DNA of 64,000 nt from the NCBI RefSeq assembly GCF_039654945.1, contig NW_027361937.1:9610001-9674000 (forward strand). The letters run 5' to 3'. The position numbers were made by a program, and so were the translations under genes. Shown here piece by piece: positions 48,505-61,431 of this stretch; positions within the stretch are counted from its first letter, which is position 1, and the number at the start of each line of letters is the position of its first letter. The notes below the pieces were generated by a model. The model was not told the origin of the DNA. It saw nothing but the letters and a program-made list of their open reading frames with translations, and ran no database searches. Source of the DNA: Dendrobates tinctorius (Eukaryota).

Positions 48505-49578
48505 GTGTAGTGCACCCTTTGGAGACTAGAGGGGTGCACTCTAGTTTATAGAGCTCTTAGTAGGATAGGGTTAAGTGTAGGAGGGGCTGCCAGGAGTTAA
48601 GGTTAGATCAGACAAAAGTTAGTTGAGACGGGGCCAGGGTGCCCGAAGTGTCCACATGGGCTTTAGGCCCAGGACGACACAGTAGTCACGCAACCTGTAG
48701 TGAAGCGAACCCCAGCCTGCCACAGCTACGATAAAGGAAAATCAGCGGGCTAGTACAGTGTGAGAAGATTCAGGATGTGGCACCTCATTGCTTGGGAAGA
48801 AACTCTGGGAGCCGGGACGAAACGGTCCAGGGACCCCAAGGAAGCAGTGAGAGCGTACAGTAAGGACGTGGTGCGAAGTCAGCAGGCAGCACAGAAGGGC
48901 AGAAGTCGCTTACAGCGGTTTTATACTCCGAAGATTAATGATCTTGTGTCTGGGGTGAAACAGACCAAGGGAAGCATACCCATAGTAAGGCTGCACAGAG
49001 AATATGTCGAAGAACCATCAGGGACGGTCCGATCCGGGCCCGCGCTTTGTGACCATGAAAGTAGTGCAGGGAAAGAAAAGGAACATTGTTTTGTAGAGCC
49101 TGTTATAAAGAATGTGAAGTCTATGGATGCGCTGTGCAAAGAAACCAGTTAAGATGTTAGGGTATGTGCACACGGTGCGGATTCTGCTGCGGTTCCGCAG
49201 TGTTTCTGCAGCTGCGAGTCCGCAGCAGATTCTGCTGCGTTGTACAGTACCTTTATTTCCTATGAAAATTAAAAAACGCTGTGCACATGCTGCGGATTTT
49301 TCCACACTGTTTTGCTGCGGTTTACAATCCGCAGCATGTCAATTGTTTGGTGCAGAAACGCTGCAGTTTTACACCTCATCCATTACCTGCGGTTTTCTCT
49401 CCAAAATCCGCACACCAAAAAAACTACGTGTGCATATAGCCTTATTGTTGAAGTTGAATTGGACTGTCTCAGTTTCTTCTGGCCAATTTGGAGAGGATCT
49501 CCCGCAGCAGAAAAGGGAATCCGAAGAAGTTGGGCCTGAAGGCACAGGTATGCTGACAAATGGTGAATGTGATATATT

Positions 49579-49610
<32 letters not shown>

Positions 49611-49680
49611 AGGAGAGGCCAGGACACCAGAGCCCCGATGTCCTCGTCTATGACTACGGTCCTGGCCGAACCTTACAACT
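48505..49680 (+). mobile_element. Possible solo-LTR-like repeat interrupted by a MITE
   Basis: Starts TGTAGTGCACCC, ends ...CCTTACA; GC-richer than flanks; no TSD found. Confidence 0.3.
49160..49441. mobile_element. Harbinger MITE, CCGCA/TGCGG family
   Basis: TTA|GGGTATGTGCACAC...GTGTGCATATAGCC|TTA. Confidence 0.85.
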
Positions 49681-50588
49681 GCACTTTTAAAGATTTTGTC
49701 TACTTAGCTTAAAACATGTCGAGAACATTGCTTATGTTTTTTAGAATAATTTAGAATATTCACTTATATAGCGCCATTAATTTCCACAATGTATAATAGA
49801 TAACCTTATCACTGCCCCCATTGGGGCTCAGAATCTAAATTCCCTATCAGTAGGTTTATGGAAGGAAACTGGGGTATCCAGAGGAAACAATAATGTCCTT
49901 TGAGCCCAGGACCCTAGTACTGCAAGGCTACTGTGCTAACCTCTGAGCCACCAGGCTGTACTGACCAGTAAAGATCCTGCCGCTCCATTACTGCCTCCCT
50001 GCTGGTCTATTTTTAAAGTGACGTCACATCTATAACACGTGACCCCGCTGCCAATGACTGGGTTTGGTGGTTTCATGTCGTCTACCTCATCATCACTGAT
50101 GAGTCCATTAATCAGTAACATGCAAACATATAGAAAAACAATCTGGCCCGCATGCTTGTTAAGTGAAATAGGGTCCAATGGTAGGAACCAGATGAACCCA
50201 CAAAAATCAAAATAGTAGACAAAGGCACTCAGGCATTTTGAAGAATATGTATTCATTTGAAGAACATCATATGTATTCATATGAAGACAGCTGCACACTA
50301 GATACCTTGAAAATTTCTTCCCATGTCGTAGACGTGACTAACATGGATCAAAGCTTCTGACTGCTGTGAAACTGAATTCCCCAACGTTTTATGAAAGGAA
50401 AGTTCTAAAAACAGGGAAAATATTGAGATCTTTTCACACTTAACTGTTTTTGTCGACAAGAAAAAATAATTCTCAAATTTTTTTCTCCATTGAATGACTT
50501 TCTACAGAGACCTTCTGATTCTCACAGACTCTGAATTTGGAGGATGGTGACAGATTTTCCTCACGGAGAAGATAGTTGCTCACTATAA

Positions 50589-50772
50589 GGCTGGGATCAC
50601 ACATGCGAGAAACATGGCCGAGTCTCGCATGTTAATACCCGGCACTGCCGCCGGCACTCAGGAGTGCAGCTCCATGTATTGCTATGCAGCCGCACGCTCC
50701 GCTCCTGAGTACCGGCAGCAGTGCCGGTTATTAACATGCGAGACTCGGCCGTGTTTCTCACATGTGTGATCC
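50589..50772. mobile_element. Near-perfect palindromic Harbinger MITE
   Basis: GGATCACACATGCGAGAAACA...TGTTTCTCACATGTGTGATCC; arms pair over ~75 bp. Confidence 0.85.
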
Positions 50773-52041
50773 TTAGTTGAGCTGTTCTTTTTTAACTTTT
50801 TGTAGCTCATAGAAAACTACTGCTGTATTCCTGACATTGCTTCCTACAAGGACAACTCGCAGCACATTTTGGCAGGACATCTATTACCATGAAATGTAAC
50901 ACTTGGCAAGAGACGAAAACCAAGCAATATTTAAGTTAACATTGGTGTGTCGAAGGTGGAGGGTTTGGTCTCTGGTGTATAGAGACATTGTAAGGGAACC
51001 ACACATTTAAGCCTCCAGGTCCTTGCTCCTGTGCAGGCTTGTAGCTGAAGGGCCTTCGTTTCACACTTGTAGATGCAGATTCGTGGTCCGTCTCTTATGC
51101 ACACAGAAAATGCCCAGCTATCTCGCTGGCGGGGACACAAAACATGGCCTGAATAGAGCAGCTGTTGCTGGATTCCGTGCAGTCAGCAGATCGAAGTGTT
51201 CAGATCTCACTCCCTTCTTACAATGGATTCTTTCATGAGCAGCTTGTAAAGTCCATCCAAAGGGAGGTCAGACAGCTGCAGCATTGTCTACTCTGGAGCG
51301 GCTGAGGAAACTTCTCAAGAGTTTTTTCAGATATCGCTGTCCAAAACCAGACTTCCAAGATTACCAGAGTGATCTAAAAATGTATTTTCATTCAAATTAT
51401 TTTGAGGGAAAACACTAGTAGAACATATTATTACTATAATATTTATTATGCTTCCTTATACTGTATATATAGCGCCAACATATTCCACAGCACTTTACAT
51501 ACATTTTCATCAATGTCTTCATTGGGGCTCACAATCTAAGTGACCTATCAGTATGTCGTTGGAGTGTGGGAGGAAACCCGTGCAAACATGGAGAAAACAT
51601 GCCTTTTTTTCAAATTTTCCTCACGATTTCTAAAGTTTGTTAGGTCAGACCAAAAGTCTCCATTTTTTTTAATCTTGGAAACCACATTGAAAGCGTTGCT
51701 CAATATGGACTTTTATGGCAGAATTAATTGATATGCCCAAACAGTGCAGCCAGTGTGGATTCACCTCCTGCTCTGTAGCTATCTCACCTAAGTCCCCCAT
51801 ACATAGGAACGCTCTACCTGACCAAGCACTAATGTGTTCTCTATTTGAGAGCCTCTGCCAGTCTCTAGTAGTGGCCTTTCTCCTTAGGATCAAAAGGATC
51901 CACCAATGAAAATCGGATGTGCTTCAGCCTCCTCTCTCCCCCACTGCATCATCTGTTGGGAGGACTCCATACTCATGAGATTGTCCTGCCTTTGTCGGGA
52001 TGTATGGCCAATTTTAGTCTAACGTGTATGGGGGGCCTTAA

Positions 52042-52789
52042 AGGGAGCCTGTCATGTAAAAAAAACCCGCCATTATTCTGCAGGTTCATAGCATTCTGAC
52101 ACCGTGTGGCCGCTGTACTTCGAGCCCTGCCGGTAGGAAATTAACTTTATTCCTCCTGGTAGCCTCTGACTTTCAGTCACTACTCCATGCATAGAGAGTG
52201 GCGTGCAAAATATATAATGAATCCCAGTTGCGAAAATAATTTCTAGACCAAAATACATGCATTTAAGTTAAAAATACAACTTGTCCCCAAAGGTGGCTGA
52301 CCCATTTATGTGTTCTACAATATATTCATTATGAGAATCGTTGGTGTCTAAGGTCAGAGACAATTCACCAGTGAGCCGGCTGTCAGTCAGTGTCGGGCAT
52401 GGTTACAGCTGCTGTTCACTGAGCAGTGACTGAATCCACGCCGGCCACCCCTCTGTGACTGAAAGCCGGAGGCTGCCAGGAGGGAATAAAGTTCATTTCC
52501 TCATGGCAGCGGGGCTCTCGGTGCTGGTGCCAGGCAGCTTCAGAATACAATTTACCTGTAGATTAACTGCGGATACAGCCGCCGCTCACTATACACAGAG
52601 CGGTGACTAAACTTGCACCGGCACCACCTCTGTGACTGAAACCCAAATGCTACAGGGAGGAATACAGTTCATTTCCTCCTGGTGGTGGGGCTCTAAGTTC
52701 TGATGCCAGGCAGGTTCAGGATGCAATTAACCTGCAGGTTAACCCCATATCTGCAGGTCAATAGTGTTTTTTCACATGACAGGTTCCCT
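52042..52789. mobile_element. T2/Kolobok-type MITE with internal ~175-bp tandem duplication
   Basis: TTAA|AGGGAGCCTGTCATG...CATGACAGGTTCCCT(c)TTAA; 52400-52570 resembles 52575-52745. Confidence 0.8.
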
Positions 52790-54984
52790 CTTAAGCCTGT
52801 CTGCTGTATTTGGTGCACTTTGACTTTTCTGTCCTGCATAAACCTGACCTTTGCTATGTGTTAGCATACTCCTGTGCGCCCTCCAGTTTTTAAGGACAGG
52901 TGCTGGACAGGAGCCATGAGCACAGAAATAGTTCCTGGTCTGTGTCCTAACAGAGGCGTGCAGCAGGTGCGCTGAGTAATTTAGTATGAAGAGAAATATG
53001 AATCAGAAGTGACAGCTGTTATTTGTTGGTGGAGATGCCATCTTGGACTCGTCTTCAAGGCACAATATATGTTTGTGGGATAGGAGACCATATGTGTATG
53101 TAGTAATGCATGCGGTGGCAATGGAATGACCGCTCTTGTGACAAATAGTTGTTTTCATTTTTCTCGTATAGCATTTAAAACATTTCCAATCTTTTTTTCC
53201 TTACTGTTTGACTCACAGTCATCTCATATTAACCCATTAGACAAGTAAAGAAAATTCTCTGGTGCTTCTAATCCATATCAGCCCCAAACCGAGGGCTTTT
53301 AGGCCAAATCTAAATGTCTTGAGATATAAAATTAAAAGGAACTTATCGGCAGGATTTACCCCTATAAAGCGCTTCTACCACCATTTGTCACCTTAAAAGT
53401 TTTTTGTAAAGTTAAATCCATGAGTCCTTTAATCCTCTGGTGCGGATACAGATTAGCTAAGGGTGCATTTACAGTGGCGGACGTTAACAGCGATCAAGGC
53501 TGTTTAGACAAGCCGATCGCATTTTCGTGTGCATGGAACGATGCTTAATACGATCGTTCTTTGTCCATAGAACATCATGCTATTGATGAGAAGCCATTCT
53601 AGGATGAAGCTCAAGTGACCATTGGAGGTAACTAGAGTGGCTCCTTATTCCCTATCCACACGACGTATTGCTTACTTATTGTTACAGATGTTTCTGCTTT
53701 CAGGCAGCAGCAATTTTCCAGCAGTTTTTGTTGGTGTCAGTGTTCCCCTAACATTCCATGTCACTCATGCCGTGATCTCACCAGTCATTGCAGTCTGGAA
53801 AGGAAGATTGCCTGGCCACGGAGTCACAAGAGTCCAATATATAGATGACATTATAAGAAAAGAAGATAATGCAAATGACCATTGAACTTTCAGTCTATAC
53901 GTATTTTACTGCAGTTATAGCTTTGCGGTAGGGAATATTATCGGTGAATAGACAATCCAATATTATCAAGCAAAAAACAGTATCTCAAGGTGTTAAGGTT
54001 AAATAGTTTGCAAGAAAATTGTTTTTAATGTAAGAAGCCAAAATTATTATTTTGAAAAGAAAGAGGAAGTTTTGCCGCATGTGCTTTAACTCTGGCTGCA
54101 TTTACCCAAAAACGAGAACGGGACCCTTCCCCTGGTTCTGCTTATAAATAAGCTTCCAGCTTGTCAGATGACCATCTTAGTGTCACATGATGGAACTTAC
54201 GGTTTTGTATGTTCTCTGGTGACCTAGAAAACTGTAAATGTGGGGGATGATATTTGTATTTTGATTTCTCCATTTTTCACATATGATTGTGTCAGTAATT
54301 GACAAATAGGATTTAAGGAGCAATTTCTGCAAATTAAAATACATCAAGTAACAACGTTCCCTTTTTTGTGGATTCTGTTCCATAGCTAACACAAATTGTA
54401 GTAAAACAAATCTGCCTAAAGGCGTATGTCAGACCGTCGGGATACGCCAGCTCTTTAACATCCTGAACCCCTATGGTTCTACTGAACGGAACATATGTGG
54501 AACCCTGTAGTGAGAAATATTCAATTTAATAGTGTTGTGGATGAGCCTTATGATACTACTGTCATCCAGGGAATAAAATGCAGCCTATTAAAAAAAAAAA
54601 ACCTTATAAAGTTATCATTATTTTACTTTTTTTTTTTTTTGTATATAAAACAATAGTAAACATGAAAATAAGAAACTTAGAATATATTACAATCTTTCAC
54701 TCTATAAACTCCGTATTCATTGGTAAAATATGTATTAGGTGAAGATAGATGCCCACATTTCTGACAAAGGAGATGACAATTGGTGCTCATAAGATTCTAT
54801 GGAAAGGGGAGGGAAGATGAGGAAGAGCTAGAGGTCAACACAGACATTCCTCTGCAAATTTTCCTGAAATGACGGGTATCCTTTAAAACACAAAGCTAAG
54901 TGAGCTAGAACAAGTGTTGGTATAAGTGCAGTGTGTAGGTGCCCATTCACACTGTGGTCATTTAACAGGCATTCAACCTAGTAT

Positions 54985-55430
54985 AAAAAATGAGCAAATA
55001 CCCTGCAGTAAGGAAATAAATAGGGTAATCAGTTGACAATATTTTTATCAAAAGGGCGTAAAAGCCATCCCACTGCGACAAGGTACAGTCAATGAGGATA
55101 GATCCTAAGTTTTGTAGTTACTTCCTATGTGCCCGCAGGCCACAAGATAGATGAGGACAGAGCAGGACCCAGATCTGACTGTTTTGCACATGGCCAGAGA
55201 AAGCTATATAGGCAAGATGAACAGCCCAAAATGAGGGAGCCACAGCCCTATATGTACAAAGTACAAAAAGCTAAAGCAAAACTTAAGAACTGTAAAACAC
55301 ACCCTTCATCAGGTCATTTACAATTTGTCAATATGAGAGTCAATGACTGCAAAACTGGAGAGCCACACTTCTTGTCACAAAGATTCCTCCAAAAAGCAAA
55401 TATAACAAAAAGTAAAAACAATGGATGAAG
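54985..55430 (-). repeat. Copy of the dispersed family seen at 5975-6570 and 36000-36790
   Basis: AAAATGAGCAAATACCCT...GTAAAAGCCATCCCACTGCGACAAGGTAC. Confidence 0.55.
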
Positions 55431-56547
55431 TGATTAGCAGCGTGGTATCTCTGTTCTAATTCTGTAATTTTCTTATTTTATGTGGATTTACTATTCATAA
55501 ATTTAACTTGTTTTCATAGGGAACTCCTTAATCACTAATCCACAGGATAGGTTATTTCTTCATGATCAGTGAGGGTCCGACCTCTGGGACTCACACTGAT
55601 CGGCAAAACGGGGCACTATTATCCTCTTTAGAACAGAGCAGTAGTGTAAATGTCTGATTGTCTTCCCATTGATTTCCCTATGGTGCTGCACCCATTTTTT
55701 TTTAACACGGGTCCCATAGAGAATGAATAGAGTCGCGGACTTGAAACCCACCTGCCTCCTTGTGTTTTCACCAGACGCCCCTTTTTTGAAATATATATGC
55801 TCCTCCCCTGAAGGGGGAAACTATCCAGGCGAAACCTGACCTTAAAGAACAGAACGTATTTTTTTTTTTTGGTGTGACTTTATATTGTGTTTTATAACCT
55901 GAGTACGTTTTACTGCTTATTGTGCAGGTGCACAAATTCTGGATTGCGAAATCATACACTTTTTGTATGTTAATGGAAAAAAATAGATGATGAAGGTATA
56001 TCATAACACTATATAAACCGTGTTGGCTGATCTGTGGGCCGCTGACATGCGCCTAAGTGGTGATGTATGGCAGGAAATCATCCTGTCCATGGTTTACGTC
56101 TTAGCGGTTCTCAACGTCCTGTTTACAAAATTCAAGATCTGCTCAAAGCTATGTATAAAAGACCTTGCTCCATCAAGGACCTTTTCACACATGACTTGTA
56201 GCTAATTAAGTGAATAGTCAATGATCTATTGACTGCTCACTGATTAGCCTTTGATTTCTGACCATGGGAAAAGTCATATTGTAAATGCAGTCAATATTTA
56301 GGAGCCTATCAATTTAATAGTAAATTATTATTGACACTAAGTATTTCTGTCGCCGGTGACTTGTTAGCCTAACTAGTGTATATTGGTTGGGCTGATTATT
56401 CACAGAAGAAAAAAACAATAAAAAAAAAACATTTTGCTTTGATGTGAGGACCAAATTCATCCAATCAAATGAGTGGCTCCATGGAAAAAGCAACATACAG
56501 ATGCCATCTACATTACATCCATGTGCTCTCCGTTTTGCTTTGAAAAT

Positions 56548-57105
56548 GGCTAGGGTCACACAACCGTTTTTCTCTCATCTGAGAACATCGGGGCGATCAT
56601 GCTAATCACGCTCTGATCAGACGATTATCAAAGTGGGATCCAATTTTCTTGGCGTTGGAGAAGCAAAAAGTTTCTCCACCTTCGCTATATTGTCTGTCTG
56701 TGAAAATCGGACCACACTCGGATGTCATCCAAGAGCGGTCCGATTTTTCCACGGACCCACAGAGTTGAATGCGCGAGTGCCATATGTTTCTTGGAGGCAA
56801 ATTGTGAATGCATGCAGGTAAGAGGAAATAATCAAGACGTGCACAGCCCCATAGAATAACATGGCGACAAGTGCCATGTGTGAAAATGACAGATGGCACT
56901 CGTCCAATTTTTACGGTCGCGTGCAAGAACCCTAATGCTGAGGGAAAACCTCCGTCAGATTTTTGTCTTTTTTTCATACATGCAAAACAGACAACACATG
57001 GAGAGAAAAAAACAAACGTGGGGACGAAAATGGGTCTTGCACAGTAATGAAAATTGGTCCTATTTTTTTTTGCTTATGAGAAAAAAACCGAATGTGAATT
57101 CAGCC
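56548..57105. mobile_element. Older Harbinger-type MITE
   Basis: GGCTAGGGTCACA...TGTGAATTCAGCC|TAA. Confidence 0.6.
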
Positions 57106-57409
57106 TAAGTTTACCAAATTTTACTGCCGTTAAAAATGAGTAATTTTGTAAGAAACACATTCTAAGAAAATGCTGAAATCTTACTGTTCTCATTTGGCTA
57201 CTGGAAGCATGCCACTTCCTGAGCGTGCTAACAATGGGTTGCCACCGCACCGTTCTCTACTCCTGAGGTGGAGTTGTTTCTATGCAGGAATAATAAAAAT
57301 GTTACACAGAACAGGCCACATCTACCAGATCCACTCTCTTCCCAGCGGCCCTAATACCATGCAGGGTTTTCACGGTCGTCCTGCACAGTATTGGGCTAGT
57401 ATTCTGTGC

Positions 57410-57750
57410 CTGGGTTGCCAACCATCCAGAAATTCCAGGGCAGGCCGTAAAAATAGGACACCTTTTTGACCTGTCTATCAAAAAAAAAAAAAATTGAAGG
57501 CGTCCGTGAGGTTTCTATGAACATGAAGGAGAAAAATGATGATGATTACAGTGCAAGCACTCAATATTTTACAAGTCACAGTGAATGCAGCCAATGTCTT
57601 AATTTCAGAATTATTGTCTATAGTCATGCATCACTGATAATCAGAATGATTTATTATGGTTTTCCAATGTGTCTGTAAAAATATTGCCTGTCCATGATTT
57701 TTTTTTTATAAGCTGTTCAGTAAAAATAAAAAGTAGAGTTGGCAACCCTG
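57410..57750. mobile_element. hAT (Tip100-like) MITE
   Basis: C(T)GGGTTGCCAAC...GTTGGCAACCCTG; TSD TTCTGTGC/TACTGTGC. Confidence 0.75.
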
Positions 57751-57907
57751 TACTGTGCCCCTGCATTGCCTTATAGTAATATTGTGACATTACCACTCTG
57801 AAGTCTCAGCTTTTCCAACCTTGTAAAATATATTAAAGATTCAGTTGCAGTAGCGAAGCACTTTTACAGCCAGTTGCAGGTAATGCCAGTTTTCCATGGA
57901 CCACTAC

Positions 57908-58212
57908 AAGGGATGATTGGACCCGTGAACTTTCAAATTCATCGAGTTCAACCGAACTTTTGTCCCAAAGTTTGGATCGGGTTCCAGAACTCTACCCTAA
58001 CTCGAAGCCATAGAAGTCAATGCGGACCCGAACTTTGGTGCTGTAAAAGGGCTATTAAATGGTCGTAGTAAGGGCTGGAGGTCTCTCTCGCACTCCGCAA
58101 CACAGCTCTCCCGGAACTCCGAACACTAAAACTGAATTCCGGGAGGAGCTCGTGTTTGGATTTCAGCACCGTATGAACCCTGAACTTTACAGTTTGGGTT
58201 CACTCATCTCTA
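57908..58212. mobile_element. hAT MITE (TAGAGATGAG family)
   Basis: Perfect 8-bp TSD ACCACTAC. Confidence 0.75.
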
Positions 58213-59079
58213 ACCACTACCCTAAGTAGCAGCTTATGCGCAATATGGGTCAATGCAAATCTAGCAGTTTATTATCATTCCAGAGGGAAGTCTTGCACAA
58301 TGCTGACTCTTTGTATGTGTAATGCTTAATATGTACAGTGTCGTTCCAACCAGTAATTAGGATTTGCATTAGGACATATTCCACTCTCGCCCCCTCCGTT
58401 TTTTGAAGATTTATTCTAATTCTTTACAGCACACATACAGATTTTATGGCAGGTAACCTTTGATTTCCCAGTTTTGTATTTACTCTAAAATTCTTTTGGA
58501 TTTACTTAGTGCTAATGTTAAGAATGCCTAATCCTGCTCCTGGGTGACCTCAAAAACCTGGATTTCCTGTTTCTGCTAATCACTGCAAGTAATTTATTAG
58601 CTGCTTAAAGTCTAACTTGATTATTTTTCTAATGATGTTTGAAATATGTGGGAAAGAACAATTCCCTCTAATCTATACTTTAAGGAACTATTGTTATTGC
58701 CGATAACGGTGCACGATATATACTTTGGTGGTTCTCAAATTCAAGATGTTCTTGATTTAGCTCCCGAGACCCCTAGCAGATGGCTAAAGGAAGCTGCATC
58801 CAGCCAGACATATCTCTTAAAGTAGCCATGTGTATTGCATGGTGACCAATCAGATTAATTGGCATTAATGGAATAGATGAACGACCCCAGTCTGCCAGAG
58901 CAAGATTCGGTGAAGCCGCGTAGATTTTAATTATCCGGTTTCTTTCCGTACTTGGAATCCTTCCGCTGGTAAATAGAGAGAGAAATTCCTATTTTATCAC
59001 TATTTCACGCAAGTTCTAGTTAAGAAAGTGAAAATTTAGAGATGTCATTTTTAATTCCCCGCATCGTGTTCCCACGTGC

Positions 59080-59353
59080 TTTATGCCTCCATTAGCCCTC
59101 TGTATCTGTACTGTTACACACTTAACGTTATGGCTGGTCCATACAATCAGGGCAATTGTTACCACCCACCTTTCGTGTCTACCTCTTTCCTTAGACTGTA
59201 AGCTTGCGAGCAGGGCCCTCATTCCTCTTGGTATTTGTTATAATCTATGTGATTATTATTATGCTGTAATGTCTATTGTCTGTACAAGTCCCGTCTGTAA
59301 TGTAAAGTGCTGCGGAATAAGTCGGCGCTATAGAAATAAAATTTATTATTATT
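59080..59353 (+). mobile_element. L2 / L2-tailed SINE 3' end
   Basis: TTAGACTGTAAGCT..GCAGGG..GCTGCGGAATAAGTCGGCGCTATAGAAATAAAATTTATTATTATT. Confidence 0.7.
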
Positions 59354-61002
59354 AAGTGACTTATCGCTGTCAAACAGTACCAGAACTGCGTCCCCTTGAC
59401 AATCGAGACAATTGTTAACACCTCACCGAACAAGCGGTGCAGCCGGCACAAGAGCGCACGGTAGTGGAAATATTGACTCTGCGCACTAAAAATAAATTGT
59501 CCACTTCTGATGAATGGTGCTAATTCTGGGAAGGCCTCCGGAGCGGCAGCCGCTCAAGCCAGTCTTTTATGTCAGTGCGTCCGAGCTAAACATAGAAATA
59601 ATTAAACAGCAGCTTAGGTTTCAGTAAATTTGTTCCAGTGGATGTGGCCAGGAGAAATCAAGAAAGCAAGTTATACTTTATATATTTTTATATGCTAGTT
59701 ACCTGTTGTCTGAGCAATGAGGTGTACATGTAATAAATATTGTGCCAAATAATCTATAATTAACAATGTTTTATCACATTTGGGAGTTTTGCTTGAGAAA
59801 CTACCGAATTACAAGAGATAATCACTATATGTGCAACCGGTGCATTTGCATAGTGAGCCAGTATGTAAAAGCAGCTTGTGTTGTCTATTGCATTACATGT
59901 GTTATTAGCTGATGAATGATTTAGGGAATGTCTAGAAATGACCTAAAAAACTACTGCGGATTCTGTTGTGGATCTATACGTGGATTATGTTTCAGATTTT
60001 TTGCGTATTTCTTCCTAAGCATTGTTGTGACGGGTGAAACCCATAGTGAAAATCTGCAGAAAGGAGTGCCGTTATGCAGATTTTTAACATCTACAGTGCA
60101 GATTTATTTCCTCTCAGAAAATATCTACACACATATTCACTTCTTTGCTGCTACTGTCATCTGTTGCATATTTTCCATCTGTAAATCAGGAAGTAAAATC
60201 TTAAGCAAGTTTGTAACTTGTGAAACTGGCCATACTGGAAGATGGTTAACCCCTTCACGACCTATGACGCCTACGTAGGCGTCATGAAAAGCAGTGCCCA
60301 AACGACCTATGACGCCTACGTAGGCGTCATGCTATAAATAGCCCCCCTGCGGGTCGGGTGACCGGGGTCACTGAAAGGTCACCCGACCCGCACTCAAAGG
60401 ACCCTTCAGAGTTAACACCTGGGGGTGTGGCTTAGCCCCCACGTGCCTACGATCGCTCTGATTGGCTGTTAAAAGTGAAACTGCCAATCAGAGCGATTGT
60501 AATATTTCACCAATGAAAATTGGTGAAATATTACAATCCAGCCATGGCCGATGCTGAAATAGCATCGGACATGGCTGGACACCGAGACCCGACCCCCCCC
60601 ACACCGACTGACGGCACCGATCGGCTGCCGCCACCTTCTGACGGCACCGATCGGCAGCCGCCGTCATGATCTGCCCCCCCCGCCTTCTCTCCTCCCCCCC
60701 AGCCCTCCGATCATCCCCTCTCACCCTCCGATCACCCCCTCACCCTCCTTTGTGCCTCCGATCTCCCGCTATCCGTCCCGGTGTCCTGCCGTCCAGCGTC
60801 ATGGGCGCCGCCATCTTGCAAGATGGCGGGCGCATGCGCAGTGCGCCGAATCGAATCTGCAATGCTGCAGATTCATTTATTTTGATCACTATGATAAACT
60901 TTCATAGTGATCAAAATAAATAAAAAGTAAATCACCGCCCCCTTTATCACCCCCATAGGTAGGGACAAATAATAAAATATTTTTTTTTTTTTTTTTTTTC
61001 CA

Positions 61003-61420
61003 TTAGGGTTAGGTCCAGGGCTAGGGTTAGGGTTAGGGTTAGGGTTGGACTAAGGGTTAGGGTTGGACTAGGGGTTAGGGTTGGACTAGGGGTTAGGGTT
61101 GGACTAGGGGTTAGGGTTGGACTAAGGGTTAGGGTTGGACTAAGGGTTAGGGTTGGACTAAGGGTTAGGGTTGGACTAAGGGTTAGGGTTGGACTAAGGG
61201 TTAGGGTTGGACTAAGGGTTAGGGTTGAATTTAGGGTTAGGGTTGAATTTAGGGTTAGGGTTGGAATTGGGATTAGGGTTGGGGTTGGGATTACGGTTAG
61301 GCTTGTGGTTAGGGTTAGAGTTGGGATTTCGTTAGGGGTGTGTTGGGATTAGGGTTGTGGTTAGGGTTATGATTAGGGTTGGGATTAGGGTTAGGGGTGT
61401 GTTGGCGTTAGGGTTGGAGA
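61003..61420 (+). repeat. Telomere-like tract: TTAGGG plus ~10 copies of the 18-mer TTAGGG-TTGGAC-TA(A/G)GGG
   Basis: Direct reading. Confidence 0.95.
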
Positions 61421-61431
61421 TAGAATTGAAA

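Noticed and set aside
48760-49690. 130-aa and 187-aa ORFs
   Set aside because: They run through an LTR-like repeat, a MITE and a poly-T tract; no domain signature.
50095-50140. CTGATGAGTCC hammerhead start
   Set aside because: No complementary GGAC-GAAAC downstream.
50508-50575. Next ARHGAP39-like exon after tacag
   Set aside because: The required phase-2 frame reaches TGA within 14 codons and shows no recognisable homology.
53704-53850. Candidate exon after tttcag
   Set aside because: The phase-2 frame ends in TGA without a convincing donor or homology.
61003-61420. True chromosome end
   Set aside because: Short, degenerate, embedded between a TTAA terminus and a satellite, and mirrored internally at 435-727.
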